This document shows, piece by piece, positions 9,177 to 19,855 of a stretch of 64,000 nucleotides of DNA. Under the pieces are notes generated by a model. That model was given only the letters and a program-made list of their open reading frames with translations. It searched no databases and was not told the origin of the DNA. The stretch is from Fidelibacterota bacterium (GTDB lineage Bacteria > Fidelibacterota > UBA2242): contig JBNGDF010000012.1 of NCBI GenBank assembly GCA_049975265.1, forward strand, positions 11,082 to 75,081, in the 5' to 3' direction. How positions within the stretch are numbered: position 1 is the stretch's first letter; every line of letters starts with the position of its first letter. A program made the translations under genes and the position numbers.

Positions 9177-10052
9177 ATGAATGTACTGGAAAAGGCAAGA
9201 AGCACCGGACTCCTGTTCGACGGCGCCATGGGTTCCATGTTAATGGCAGGCGGCATGCCCACGGGGATGGCTTCGGAAATGATGAACATTGAAAAACCGG
9301 ATACCGTTCTGGCGATTCATAAAGCTTATCTCGAAGCCGGCTCCGACGTCATTACCACCAACACCTTCGGCGGCTCGCCGATCAAAATGAGGAGCGCTGG
9401 GATTGAACACTTAATGGAGCAAGCCAATCAAACGGCAGCTCGGATTGCCCGGCAGGCTGCCGGCAGTGAGCGGTTTGTCGCCGGCGACATCGGTCCCATG
9501 GGCGAGATGCTGGAACCGTTGGGACTTATTACCGCAGGCGAGGTAGAGGATAATTTTTCCCGGCAGGCGGAAATACTGGCTAAGAACGGTGTCGATCTCT
9601 TCATTGTCGAAACGATGTTCGATATCAATGAATCTCTGGCGGCGATTAAAGGAATCCGGGCGGTCACCGATCTACCGGTTTTTGCTACCTTGACCTTTGA
9701 GAAAGGTCCGCTGGGTTTCGCTACGATTATGGGTAACCGGGTGGATGAGAGTATGCACGCGCTTGTTGATGCCGGGGCGGTTGCCGTCGGCGCCAACTGC
9801 TCCATCGGCAGCGATCTGATGATTGAACTGGCGGCAGAAATCCGCCGATGTGTTACCGTGCCGGTTATTATTCAATCCAATGCCGGACTGCCGGAAAACC
9901 GGGATGGTCGGCTGGTCTATCCGGAAACGCCGGAGCGTTATGCGGAAAACATTGCAGAGATCAGAGCGCTGGGCGTGGAGATCATCGGCGGCTGTTGCGG
10001 CACGACGCCGGAGTACATCCGCAGAATACGCGAAATATTTACGAAAAACTAA
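9177..10052 (+). CDS. Homocysteine S-methyltransferase domain protein (stand-alone MetH N-terminal module)
   Basis: DGAMGS, TTNTFG, GANC, GGCCGTTP zinc motif. Confidence 0.88.
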   Translation: MNVLEKARSTGLLFDGAMGSMLMAGGMPTGMASEMMNIEKPDTVLAIHKAYLEAGSDVITTNTFGGSPIKMRSAGIEHLMEQANQTAARIARQAAGSERFVAGDIGPMGEMLEPLGLITAGEVEDNFSRQAEILAKNGVDLFIVETMFDINESLAAIKGIRAVTDLPVFATLTFEKGPLGFATIMGNRVDESMHALVDAGAVAVGANCSIGSDLMIELAAEIRRCVTVPVIIQSNAGLPENRDGRLVYPETPERYAENIAEIRALGVEIIGGCCGTTPEYIRRIREIFTKN

Positions 10053-10149
10053 AATGGCGGCACAAAGCATTTGAATCTTGTGGCGGGATTCCGTACTTTA
10101 TTTCTGCTGTGAAATCCATACCCAACGATAAAATGTCCGGAAGGTTGAG

Positions 10150-12180
10150 ATGAAAAAGTTATGTCTGCTTATAGCCCTTTTTATTACCGGAATTAGCGCA
10201 CAGCGTTTTCCCAGTCCCTCGGACATTTTCCGCCAGCCGGCTTTTTACGGCGATGCGCCGGAACAGATTTGCTGGTCCCCCGGCGACTCCGCTGTTGCCT
10301 TTGTCTGGAATCAAGAGGGTTACCCTGATGGCGATATCTGGCTCGCCCGGATTCCTTCCGGCAGGCTCCGACGGATCACCCGTTTTAATGACGACGGCGC
10401 CGGTCATCCGCTCACCGAGTTACAGTGGTTTCCCGACCAGCAGCGCCTGCTCTTTGTCCGTAACGGCGACATCTATACCCTGCAACCCGGCACCCAGGAC
10501 GAACCACTGGCGCTGACGATTACACCGTCGCCGGAGCTCTTCCCCCGGATTTCCCCGGCAGGGCGCTATGTCTCCTTTATCCGGGATAATACCCTGCGCC
10601 TGATCGATGTTAAGACGGGACGGGAGATTCAGCTCTCCGGCGCTATTCCCGCCGATTGGAATGCACTCGGTCTGCATTGCCGCAACAACCGGTATGCACC
10701 TTACTGCTGGTTGCCCGATGAAACCGCCTTGATCATGCCAGCCTATGAAGATCATCTCGCCAACCGGCTGTATCGGTTTGACCTGGTGAATCAGGAAACG
10801 GCGATACTGCCGCTCACCGGAAACGAAAAGGTGCTGGTCCGTGACGTTTTGTACATTCCGGGAAAAAACCGGCTGGCTGTGGATTACCTTGCGGCAACGT
10901 TGACCGCCCGGACGATTATCACAATTGATTTACATACCGCCCAAATCGACACCATCTATCACTGTAGCAATGAATTATGGTGTGGCGATTTCGGTGCCAA
11001 ACTCTACTGGCTGCCGTCACGGGAAAAATTGCTTTTCGGCGAACTTCAGAACGGCTATCAGCACATTTTCAGCACGGGTCTGGAGCATCCTACACCGATC
11101 GCCATCACCCGCGGGAAATGGCATGTCTTTGACTATCACGCCAATCCTGCCGACGACCAGCTCTATTTCTCCGCCAATAAGGAAAATTACCACGAAAAAC
11201 AGATTTATACAATTGATCAGAAAACCGGTAAGGTACTCAATCTTTCCTACCTGCGCGGCTGTCACGATTTTGTCCTGTCGGCTACCGGTGGTTATATCGT
11301 TGATATCTACTCTACCCCAGCGATCCCGCCGCAGCTCTACCTGACCCGCACATTTCCCGTCAGCAAAGCAGGACTGTTTTTAAAAGCCGACAGCCGAATC
11401 CCCAATGCCGACCACCTGAATACTGCTCTCGATCGTAAAATCGCCGACCCGCGCACCGGACAGGATATTCATTATAAGTTATGGTATCCCTCCGACCGGT
11501 TGAGCGCCGATAAGTACCCGCTGATTCTTTTTTTGAACCGGGCAAACGGACCGGTCAACGGATTGCACGAGTGGAAAATCAGCCATCTGCTTAGTCAGTG
11601 GCTTGCCAGCCGGGATTACGTCGTTGCCGAAATTGATGTCACCGGGCTTGACCGGATTCCCTGTCTGGAGGCGACCGTTGACACGCTGGCGCCCTGGGTA
11701 CAGCCGCTTTCCCAGATTTGTGAGGTTATCGGCGAATTGAGCCGGCAGGAATTTATTGATATGAGTCGCATCGGCGTCACCGGATTTGGCTATAGCGGCT
11801 ATCTCAGTATTATGGCGCTGCTGAATGTGCCGGAATATTTCAACACCGCGGTGGCGGTGTTACTGGATAATCGCTGGGAACCGGAGCCTTCACTTTACGA
11901 TTGGATTCTCTTTCAGCAGATTCGCCGGCGTCAACTCACTCCCGATTTGGCGTCTCCGGAAACGGTTGCTCGGTTACGCGGCAAGTTGCTGCTGTTTTAT
12001 GGCGACAACCGCCCACTCAGACCGCTGGTGGATAGCCCCGCACTGATCCGGCAGATGGTAACCCTGGAAAAGCGCATCGATTTTATTTACTATCCCTGGG
12101 AAGATGGCGTAATTACGTCGGGCCAGACCTATATAGATTTGTTCTATAAGCTTCTGGAGTATTTTGATCGGTTTCTTTAG
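10150..12180 (+). CDS. Dipeptidyl-peptidase IV (S9B)-like protein, catalytic triad apparently absent
   Basis: Signal peptide, beta-propeller (WSP, ISPAG, ITRGKW) and alpha/beta hydrolase domain; GFGYSGY in place of GWSYGG. Confidence 0.8.
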   Translation: MKKLCLLIALFITGISAQRFPSPSDIFRQPAFYGDAPEQICWSPGDSAVAFVWNQEGYPDGDIWLARIPSGRLRRITRFNDDGAGHPLTELQWFPDQQRLLFVRNGDIYTLQPGTQDEPLALTITPSPELFPRISPAGRYVSFIRDNTLRLIDVKTGREIQLSGAIPADWNALGLHCRNNRYAPYCWLPDETALIMPAYEDHLANRLYRFDLVNQETAILPLTGNEKVLVRDVLYIPGKNRLAVDYLAATLTARTIITIDLHTAQIDTIYHCSNELWCGDFGAKLYWLPSREKLLFGELQNGYQHIFSTGLEHPTPIAITRGKWHVFDYHANPADDQLYFSANKENYHEKQIYTIDQKTGKVLNLSYLRGCHDFVLSATGGYIVDIYSTPAIPPQLYLTRTFPVSKAGLFLKADSRIPNADHLNTALDRKIADPRTGQDIHYKLWYPSDRLSADKYPLILFLNRANGPVNGLHEWKISHLLSQWLASRDYVVAEIDVTGLDRIPCLEATVDTLAPWVQPLSQICEVIGELSRQEFIDMSRIGVTGFGYSGYLSIMALLNVPEYFNTAVAVLLDNRWEPEPSLYDWILFQQIRRRQLTPDLASPETVARLRGKLLLFYGDNRPLRPLVDSPALIRQMVTLEKRIDFIYYPWEDGVITSGQTYIDLFYKLLEYFDRFL

Positions 12181-12195
12181 ACCGTTAATCCCGGC

Positions 12196-12519
12196 TTAAT
12201 TGGGCAGGCTGCTTTTGGGCGGCGGCTGAAATCCGAAAGGCACGTCCTCGCTCTTGTCAGGCAGCTTGATGGTGCCGAATTTATCCTCGAATTTTTTGAT
12301 ATTGTCCTGCAGGGTATAGAGCAGTGTCTTGGCATGCGTCGGCGTCATAATCACGCGACTCTGCACAACGGCTTTGGGGGAACCGGGCATAATCCGCGCA
12401 AAATCGATCACGAACTCGGCGGCAGAGTGGGAAATGACCGTAAAATTGCTGTAATTTCCTTCCGCCCGGCTTTCGGGGAGCTCAATTTTCAGCTGTTTGC
12501 CCTCATTTTTACTATTCAT
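12196..12519 (-). CDS. DUF3467 family protein
   Basis: AEGNYSNF...HSAAEFVIDF...SRVIMTPTHAK...FGTI pattern. Confidence 0.85.
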   Translation of the reverse strand: MNSKNEGKQLKIELPESRAEGNYSNFTVISHSAAEFVIDFARIMPGSPKAVVQSRVIMTPTHAKTLLYTLQDNIKKFEDKFGTIKLPDKSEDVPFGFQPPPKSSLPN

Positions 12520-12580
12520 GGCATTTACCTTTTGGGTTCGTTGTTTTAAAATGTTTGCTCAATCATCGTCCCGGTCGTTG

Positions 12581-12982
12581 TTATTCGTCGTCATCAAAAT
12601 CGTCGAGATCATCCTCTTCCAGCACCTCGGGATCGATGATATCCCAAGCCTCTTCTTCGATGTCGCTATCATCCTGGAGACCTTCATTCAGTTCTATATC
12701 ATCCTCGAATTCGTCCCAAACCTCTTTGCGTTTCTCGAATTTGGAAGGATCGATATCCGGTTCGTCATAATCTTCCCGTTCCTCTTTCAGAATCTCCTCA
12801 CCGTACAGGCTCATATCAAAGAAATCAATATCATCAACGATATCGTTATAGACCAGCAGCTCGAGGAAGTCGATATACTTGGGATCCCGCAATTTTGTTT
12901 TACAGTGTTTACAGACCAGATTTTCACGTAAATCTGCTTCGTTTAGTGCGGCGCCACACTCGGGGCATACCAAATCTTCCAT
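12581..12982 (-). CDS. Hypothetical zinc-ribbon protein with very acidic C-terminus
   Basis: CPEC...CKHC; D/E-rich tail; AGGAG RBS. Confidence 0.75.
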   Translation of the reverse strand: MEDLVCPECGAALNEADLRENLVCKHCKTKLRDPKYIDFLELLVYNDIVDDIDFFDMSLYGEEILKEEREDYDEPDIDPSKFEKRKEVWDEFEDDIELNEGLQDDSDIEEEAWDIIDPEVLEEDDLDDFDDDE

Positions 12983-13088
12983 TGAAGTTCCTCCTACTTA
13001 GCGGCGGTAAATATAAAGCGATAGAGTGCCAGCGTCAAGGAAAATTTTCGATAAAAACAATCGCCTTGATAAGCGTCAATTTTACAGC

Positions 13089-13616
13089 TCAGATCAGACC
13101 TGTATCGCGTACCAGATCCAGCATGATCCGGTAAGAGGATTCGATGGGATCAGAGCTCTTTTTGGAAATTTGTATATTGTAAAAATAATCGGCGTATTCC
13201 GTCAGAAAACCGATCCGTTTGGGCGCTCCGCTTTGTAAAACAGCGGCGGCATTATAGGGGTGAAATTCCGGATTCAGGTCCAGCGCCACGGCAAACCGGA
13301 AGCGCTGGAGCTGCCGACTGATTGCTGCATCCAGCAGCGGTTCTTTCAGAATATTTTCCGGCAATGTCAACAGCAGCTGCTTTTCAGGCGGAATATCCGT
13401 GAGTATATCCAGTCCCGATTTCGCTATCAGATTGCAGGAGCTCAGCGCGGGAGATTTCAGCACCGGCGCGAAGACCCGGTAGGCGATCTGCTGGTGTTGT
13501 TCGTCAAAGGGGAAGGTCAGCAGGATCGCGGTGCGTCCGGTCTCTGCCGCCGAATCCGGCTGATTTCGCCGGCAATCCCGCAGGATTTTTTTTAATATTC
13601 GATTGGTGATTTCCAT
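13089..13616 (-). CDS. Hypothetical protein (DUF6913 / GT9-like fragment resemblance)
   Basis: FAVALDLN...SGAPKRIGF...YNIQI; GAGG RBS; co-oriented with the MFS gene. Confidence 0.6.
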   Translation of the reverse strand: MEITNRILKKILRDCRRNQPDSAAETGRTAILLTFPFDEQHQQIAYRVFAPVLKSPALSSCNLIAKSGLDILTDIPPEKQLLLTLPENILKEPLLDAAISRQLQRFRFAVALDLNPEFHPYNAAAVLQSGAPKRIGFLTEYADYFYNIQISKKSSDPIESSYRIMLDLVRDTGLI

Positions 13617-13634
13617 GAATCGATAGTGCCTCTT

Positions 13635-15299
13635 TTATTCCACCTCCTTCGGCGTCAGGAACTTATTGTAGAGGAATAACCCGATTATGGTTACGATGCC
13701 GATCAGCGAAAAGATTAACCAGAGCGTGCGTGGCTGTTGCAGACCGTCTACAAAATGGACATAGAGTTTTGCTCCGACGATGGCGCCGATGGATGAGCCG
13801 ATCACTCCGTATAGAAAGATGTAGCCCATAAAGGTCGCCAGCCGCTCCTTTGGTGCGGTCTGCCCGATGTAACTGATAAATTTCGGATGGGCGGTCATTT
13901 CACCGATGGAAAAGATCACGATCCCCGCCATGAAGACCCAGATGCTGGTGTTGATTGCCAATATCGCCATACCCAGCGTTCCCAGCCCGATTGCCACCAT
14001 CATGGTGGGCAGGGCTTTGGTGTTTTTTACCAGCATGGAGATGAAAATCTGTAAAATGATGATGGTCAGGGCATTGATCACCGTGACATGCTCAATGTCA
14101 AAGTGCCATTCATAACCGATTCCCAGAAACGCCAGCATCCGGTTTACGGCGGCATCCAGACTGGCGGCATCCACATAATCGTTTACGTACCACAGCACCG
14201 AGTCGAACATCTGGAAATAGAGTACCCAGAAACCGGAGTAGATGCAGATCAGCAGTAGAAATTTAAAATAGTCGATGAACTTCGCCGGCTCCGCCGAATC
14301 GATTTTAAACAGTGAAAAGACGGTTATGAAGATGACCGAAGTGACGATTCGGGAGTAGAGGGTCAGACCCGGTAGCAGCCAGAGGATCAAACCGCCGACG
14401 ACAAGGAGCATAACAGCCGCCCGTGTATGCGTACACGCTTTGAAAATCCCGCAACGGGATTTTACATTCAGGATGAAAAAACAGCCCGTTATCAACAGCG
14501 TGACATACAACAGGAAAAAGGAATTTTTAGCGATCAGCAGGTAGATCGCCAGCAAGGCAATCAACCCCGTGATACCGTAGATCAACCGGGCATTTTTTAA
14601 CGCCTCCCGCGCTTTTAGAAAGAGCAGCACAATGGGGCTGTAGATGATCTCAAAAGCATTGGCAATCGTCTGCAGCAGATCGGTCTCATGCTCCTTTCTG
14701 CGCTCGTGCATCGGAGGCTCTTTGTAGAGGAAAAAGGTGGGAATCAGCATAATTCCCGTTCCAATGCCCGAAGCGATGATCACCCAGCGCCAGCTGGGAT
14801 CCGCCGATTTCAGGAAAGGTACCAGAAACATGGGAAACAGAAACGCCCCGAGATTGATGCTCCAGTAGAAAATTCCGAAACCGAGTGAGGAATTGGATTT
14901 GTCCGTCACCCGGGCGATGGTCCCGGAGATAATCGGTTTGAAGGTTCCGGCGCCCAGCGCCATGATACAGAGCGCCAGAAAGACTGCCGCATAGCTGGTC
15001 ATCTGGCTGGTGATCAGGTAACCGGCGCCCAGCAGGGTAAACGCCACCGTCAGCGCCCGGCGGTACCCGAAACGGTCTGCCAGCGCTCCGGAGATGATCG
15101 GCAGAAAGTATAAAATCGGCTGGATTGTACCCTTTATCAAGCCGACGCTCTCCTTGGCGAACCCCAGTTTCTCCGTCATATAGACCGACAGAATACTCAT
15201 CATTCCGTAATAGGAACCGCGTTCAAAAAACTCCATTACGACCGCCAGCCAGTAGGTGGGCGGAAACGACCGGAAAGTTCCTTTTTTCTGTTCACTCAT
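13635..15299 (-). CDS. MFS transporter, POT/peptide-transporter-like
   Basis: EFFERGSYYG, GALADRFGYRR, GFGIFYWSINLG, SIGEM. Confidence 0.85.
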   Translation of the reverse strand: MSEQKKGTFRSFPPTYWLAVVMEFFERGSYYGMMSILSVYMTEKLGFAKESVGLIKGTIQPILYFLPIISGALADRFGYRRALTVAFTLLGAGYLITSQMTSYAAVFLALCIMALGAGTFKPIISGTIARVTDKSNSSLGFGIFYWSINLGAFLFPMFLVPFLKSADPSWRWVIIASGIGTGIMLIPTFFLYKEPPMHERRKEHETDLLQTIANAFEIIYSPIVLLFLKAREALKNARLIYGITGLIALLAIYLLIAKNSFFLLYVTLLITGCFFILNVKSRCGIFKACTHTRAAVMLLVVGGLILWLLPGLTLYSRIVTSVIFITVFSLFKIDSAEPAKFIDYFKFLLLICIYSGFWVLYFQMFDSVLWYVNDYVDAASLDAAVNRMLAFLGIGYEWHFDIEHVTVINALTIIILQIFISMLVKNTKALPTMMVAIGLGTLGMAILAINTSIWVFMAGIVIFSIGEMTAHPKFISYIGQTAPKERLATFMGYIFLYGVIGSSIGAIVGAKLYVHFVDGLQQPRTLWLIFSLIGIVTIIGLFLYNKFLTPKEVE

Positions 15300-15544
15300 A
15301 AAAAATATCCTCTTGCTTGTCTTAATGGAAAGAAAAATACGATTTTCCGTCTAAATTCCAAATAGTAATTCCGAATCGGCAGCAAATTCCTGATTCATGT
15401 CGCATGGCAAAGCCACTCTCAAATCATTTCCATAGTGACAATGACGACGGAGTTGGCTATATTAGATTCAGTTCGGTAACCGGGATGAATTATTGAAGCA
15501 TCACCATTATACCAGTCAATGATCAATAACGGAAGGGACAGACG

Positions 15545-16951
15545 ATGAACGCTTGGGAACTTACGCTGGATTTAAAAAACGTTGTGCTGGATTTTGCCTG
15601 GCTCAGCGGATTTTTGATTTTAGGGACAATTTTACGGCGCTACGGAAAATTCTTTCAGAAATTCCTGATCCCCAATAATATAATTGCCGGCTTTATTGGA
15701 CTGATTCTGGGACCGGAAATTCTCCGGCTGATTCCGCTAAACGGCGACCGGCTCGGGATGTATGTGTATCACCTGCTGGCGATCACCTTTGTGGCGATCG
15801 GACTCCGGCAGCAGAAGACACACTGGGGGCGCGGACCACTTAGTAAAGCGATCGCAAATCTGTCAGGGATTCTGATCCAGGGCGTCATTGGTCTGATGGT
15901 AACGTTTTTATTCGTTTATACGATCAAGCCCGACCTCTTTCCGGCAATCGGACTGCTTTTACCGCTGGGTTTCGGGAATGGTCCCGGTCTGGCGTATGCG
16001 CTGGGCAACAGCTGGGAGCAATACGGATTTGTCGGCGGTGGGGATGTGGGACTGACCTTTGCGGCGCTGGGCTATCTGGCAGCCTATTTCATCGGTATCA
16101 TCCTGATTTACCGGGGCATCAGAAACCGGGAAACCCGTCTGGTGAAAGGACTGGAGGGCATCACCGGAGATATGCGCCGGGGCGTCGTTAAAGAGGAAAA
16201 ACCGCGGGTAGCGGGTTATTTGACGCTCTCCACGGAAGCCATCGAACCGCTGGCGTTTCAGATTGCCACCATCGGCATCGTCTACCTGTTTACCTACTGG
16301 ATTGTCTGGAACCTGACGCATTTTATGGAGCGCATGGGCGCCGGCGGATTTGTGCCCACGGTCTGGTCGTTTCATTTTTTAATTGCTCTCCTGGTGGCGC
16401 TGTTTACCCGCAAGATTCTGGACTTTACCAGGAAAAGTTATCTGATCGATAAGGGTTTGATGAACCGCCTGGCGGGTGTGTCGGTGGACTATCTGGTGGT
16501 GGCGGCGATTTGTGCCATCAGCCTGAAGATTGTCTGGATGTATTGGGCACCGATCCTGGTGATGTCCGTTGCTGCGGCATTTGCCACCTATTTTTTGCTG
16601 GGCTATGTCTGCTGGCGGGCTTTTGACGATTACCACTTCGAGCGGTTTATCGCCCTCTGGGGCGAGCTGACCGGGACGCTGAACTCCGCGCTGGTCCTGT
16701 TGCGGGTGACGGACCCGGAGTTTGAGACGCCGGTGGCAGAGGATATGGTCTATGGCAGCGGCATCGGGCTGTTTCTGGGCTTACCGGTGCTGATTCTCCT
16801 GACCGTGCCGATGAACTTTTTCAACAATGAACTGCGGGGTTACTGGATTGTATTTGGGTTGATAATCGCCTATCTGTTAATCATCTGGGGTGTCTGGCGT
16901 CTGATCGGTTATATTAAATTCAAAAACCCCTATCCCAAAACCGTTAAATAG
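15545..16951 (+). CDS. Sodium/glutamate symporter (GltS-like) family protein
   Basis: FQKFLIP, GFGNGPG, GLTFAALG, LLRVTDPEFETP. Confidence 0.82.
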   Translation: MNAWELTLDLKNVVLDFAWLSGFLILGTILRRYGKFFQKFLIPNNIIAGFIGLILGPEILRLIPLNGDRLGMYVYHLLAITFVAIGLRQQKTHWGRGPLSKAIANLSGILIQGVIGLMVTFLFVYTIKPDLFPAIGLLLPLGFGNGPGLAYALGNSWEQYGFVGGGDVGLTFAALGYLAAYFIGIILIYRGIRNRETRLVKGLEGITGDMRRGVVKEEKPRVAGYLTLSTEAIEPLAFQIATIGIVYLFTYWIVWNLTHFMERMGAGGFVPTVWSFHFLIALLVALFTRKILDFTRKSYLIDKGLMNRLAGVSVDYLVVAAICAISLKIVWMYWAPILVMSVAAAFATYFLLGYVCWRAFDDYHFERFIALWGELTGTLNSALVLLRVTDPEFETPVAEDMVYGSGIGLFLGLPVLILLTVPMNFFNNELRGYWIVFGLIIAYLLIIWGVWRLIGYIKFKNPYPKTVK

Positions 16952-16958
16952 GTGATTT

Positions 16959-19841
16959 ATGCGAAAGATTATCGGCGGATTGTGTCTGTTCATGTTTCTG
17001 CGGGTCGGGCTAGCGCAGGTTCAGCCGGAGGAGCAGCTGTTCGTTCCCTGGAATGTTGACTCCATGGGAAATGTCAGCTATACTCTCGATCCGGAGGGGC
17101 GGGTCGGACCGCAAAATTTTCGGGTTAATGGTGACAATGTATATCTGCTGGATCAGCATCAGCGGGTCATTCACCACTATGTTTCGGGGCATTTGGCGGA
17201 TCGGCTGCCGGTTCCCCGGTCTGCCCGGGATTTTATCATTCAACCCGACGGTGAATATGCCTATCTGGCGGATAATGGGATTATTATTTACAGGAATGGA
17301 AAGATGGCTGCATCGATTCGGCAGAGCGGACCGTTGCCCATTATTCAGAAAATCAAACAGTTTCAAAATGAGATTGTCGCCATTAACCATGACGGCTCGG
17401 TATCAAAAATCACCAATCAGCGTCTGTCAAAAGCCGTTTCACCGGGGATACCCACCTGTGATCTGAAAAAAGAATCCCGGTCCCGGGCAACCGTCACCCT
17501 GTTGGATGAAAACGGGGACCGGACGGAAACAATCAATCTGGATATTCCCGGTCACAATCTGGGCTCCTTTGGTTTGGTTGGTGTTGACAAATATGATCGC
17601 CTTTTTCTGAATTTGGACCTGATTATCCGGGAGATTCCGCTGAAGGTTCAGCGGGAGGTCTGGATTGTGAAATCATCCGGAGAGCACGCCGGGACAATCA
17701 CGATTCCGCCCCATTGCTACGCAAAAATGTGGAACGATTTGCGCCTGGATGAAGACGGAATTCTCTATCATATGCTGTCTTCGGATGACGGGATTCATAT
17801 TATCAAATGGGATTTATCACGGGAAAATTCCACGATATTCGAAGCGGTCTATCCTGAGAAATTTCAACGCTACCTGCACTATAATGAGGCAATTCAGGAA
17901 GAATCGCCGGCATTGGAAAAAAAAAGCCCGCTCAGTAAACTCAGCGCCGTGGTAACTCGCAGCGAGGCGCTGGCGATTGCCGAGACCTATGTGGTGCATG
18001 GCTGGACGGCAACAGCGGCGAATATTACAAACGGATTAATCACCGATCCCGACGGGGTGGAACTCTGGACGCCGGAATGGGTTCAGTTGGGGACGAACTA
18101 TAAGGTTCCCTACAAGTGGGGCGGCTTCAATACAATCCCGCAATTCGATCAGGGATTATCGGATGGTAAATCCGCCGGAGACCGGGCGACCAGCGGCGTC
18201 AGCAGTTATGCCGTGGGGGTGGACTGCTCCGGTTTTGTGTCCCGCTGCTGGAAATTGACGTCCCATTATTCGACCCGCAGCATGGATGTCGATGTGAGCT
18301 GGGATAATGTCGATGGTCCGATCACAACGTTACTTGATTCCTGGGATATTATTAAACCGGGCGACGCCATCCATAAACACGGGCATGTGATCCTGGCGGT
18401 GTCCAATTTGGGGGATGGAAGTATACTTGCCGTGGAAGCGGCGGGCTCAAAGACCGATTGGCGGGTGAATTATACGAATCGCACCTATTCGGAGATTGCC
18501 GATTATTCTCCCCGCGAGTATATCAACATGATCGGTCCCTATATTCCTATGGCTCAACCAGTATTACTTACTACTATAGATAATGATATCCATGCATCGT
18601 TTAGTTGGAATCTTGGCTCTCAGGAAAATATCAGCGGCATCCGTGTTGAATATTCGGAAGACGGGGAAAACTGGATCTCATTGCTGGGCGATTCGCTGAT
18701 TGCAGCGGATATTACGAATGTTGATTATGAGTGGTCTGACGGTCCCGGGTTTATCCGGGTAAAGTCCATCAATAATGAAGGAGATGCCGACATCGAGAGT
18801 CTGCCGTCGGACACCTACGGTTTTTATACTGCTCCCGTGGCAGATGGGAAAGTATTGATCGTAGATGGTTTTGATCGGAGAGGCAGCTGGAGTTTGCCAT
18901 ATCATGCTTTTGCGCAATGGATGGGTGCCGATTTAGCCGCTTTGGGAATTTCTTTTGAGACCGTCGCCAATGAAGCGCTCACCGCCGGGGCGGTCCAACT
19001 CTCTGATTACCGGGCGGTTTACTGGATTTTGGGTGATGAAAGCACGGATGACGAAACTTTTTCCGATGTCGAACAGGATTTGGTTGAGGATTATCTGGAA
19101 AACGGCGGTCAGCTCTTTGTCAGCGGATCGGAGATCGCCTGGGATCTGGATTACGAAGGCAGTGCGGCAGACAAATCATTTTTTCTGCAATATCTCCATG
19201 CCGATTATGATAAAGACGATGCGGGAATTTACAATGTGATTGGTACCGAGGACGGAATATTTGCCGGTCTGACTTTTGAGTTTGACGATGGCTCCGGTGG
19301 GATTTATGAAGAAGATTATCCCGATCAGATTTCTCCCAAGCTGGGCGCTGCAGCCTGTCTTGAATACTCGTCCGGAAACGCTGCAGCAATTCAATACGAA
19401 GGAGCCTTTTTAGATGGCTCGACTCCGGGAAAACTGGTCTATTTCGGTTTTCCCTGGGAAACCATTACGGATCGCCAGCAACGCAGAACAATATTGAAAA
19501 TTATCTCCCAGTGGTTCGGTTTTGATTGTATGGATACTGCTCCCGATCATCCGCCTTTACCGGCGACCGCGACGCTCAGTCACGGCTACCCCAATCCCTT
19601 TAACAGTCGGGTCACTTTCAAACTGATGATACCGGGGAATGACCCTTTTGAGGGTTATATTTATAATTCCAGAGGACAGATTGTCCGCAAAATAAACCAT
19701 TACGGGAATAAACAGAAAGAATATTTACTGACCTGGGACGGATGCAATGCTTACGGGCAGAGCGTCGCTTCCGGCTGTTATTTGCTGCAGGTTGTCTGCG
19801 GTGATCAGGTTCTCACGGAAAAGATGGTCTTGCTAAAATAA
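16959..19841 (+). CDS. Secreted multidomain protein with NlpC/P60-like domain and C-terminal sorting domain
   Basis: PYKWGG...GVDCSGFVSRCW...PGDAIHKHGHV; VLIVDGFDR domain; YPNPFN. Confidence 0.78.
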   Translation: MRKIIGGLCLFMFLRVGLAQVQPEEQLFVPWNVDSMGNVSYTLDPEGRVGPQNFRVNGDNVYLLDQHQRVIHHYVSGHLADRLPVPRSARDFIIQPDGEYAYLADNGIIIYRNGKMAASIRQSGPLPIIQKIKQFQNEIVAINHDGSVSKITNQRLSKAVSPGIPTCDLKKESRSRATVTLLDENGDRTETINLDIPGHNLGSFGLVGVDKYDRLFLNLDLIIREIPLKVQREVWIVKSSGEHAGTITIPPHCYAKMWNDLRLDEDGILYHMLSSDDGIHIIKWDLSRENSTIFEAVYPEKFQRYLHYNEAIQEESPALEKKSPLSKLSAVVTRSEALAIAETYVVHGWTATAANITNGLITDPDGVELWTPEWVQLGTNYKVPYKWGGFNTIPQFDQGLSDGKSAGDRATSGVSSYAVGVDCSGFVSRCWKLTSHYSTRSMDVDVSWDNVDGPITTLLDSWDIIKPGDAIHKHGHVILAVSNLGDGSILAVEAAGSKTDWRVNYTNRTYSEIADYSPREYINMIGPYIPMAQPVLLTTIDNDIHASFSWNLGSQENISGIRVEYSEDGENWISLLGDSLIAADITNVDYEWSDGPGFIRVKSINNEGDADIESLPSDTYGFYTAPVADGKVLIVDGFDRRGSWSLPYHAFAQWMGADLAALGISFETVANEALTAGAVQLSDYRAVYWILGDESTDDETFSDVEQDLVEDYLENGGQLFVSGSEIAWDLDYEGSAADKSFFLQYLHADYDKDDAGIYNVIGTEDGIFAGLTFEFDDGSGGIYEEDYPDQISPKLGAAACLEYSSGNAAAIQYEGAFLDGSTPGKLVYFGFPWETITDRQQRRTILKIISQWFGFDCMDTAPDHPPLPATATLSHGYPNPFNSRVTFKLMIPGNDPFEGYIYNSRGQIVRKINHYGNKQKEYLLTWDGCNAYGQSVASGCYLLQVVCGDQVLTEKMVLLK

Positions 19842-19855
19842 ACAGAGGAGAGGAT

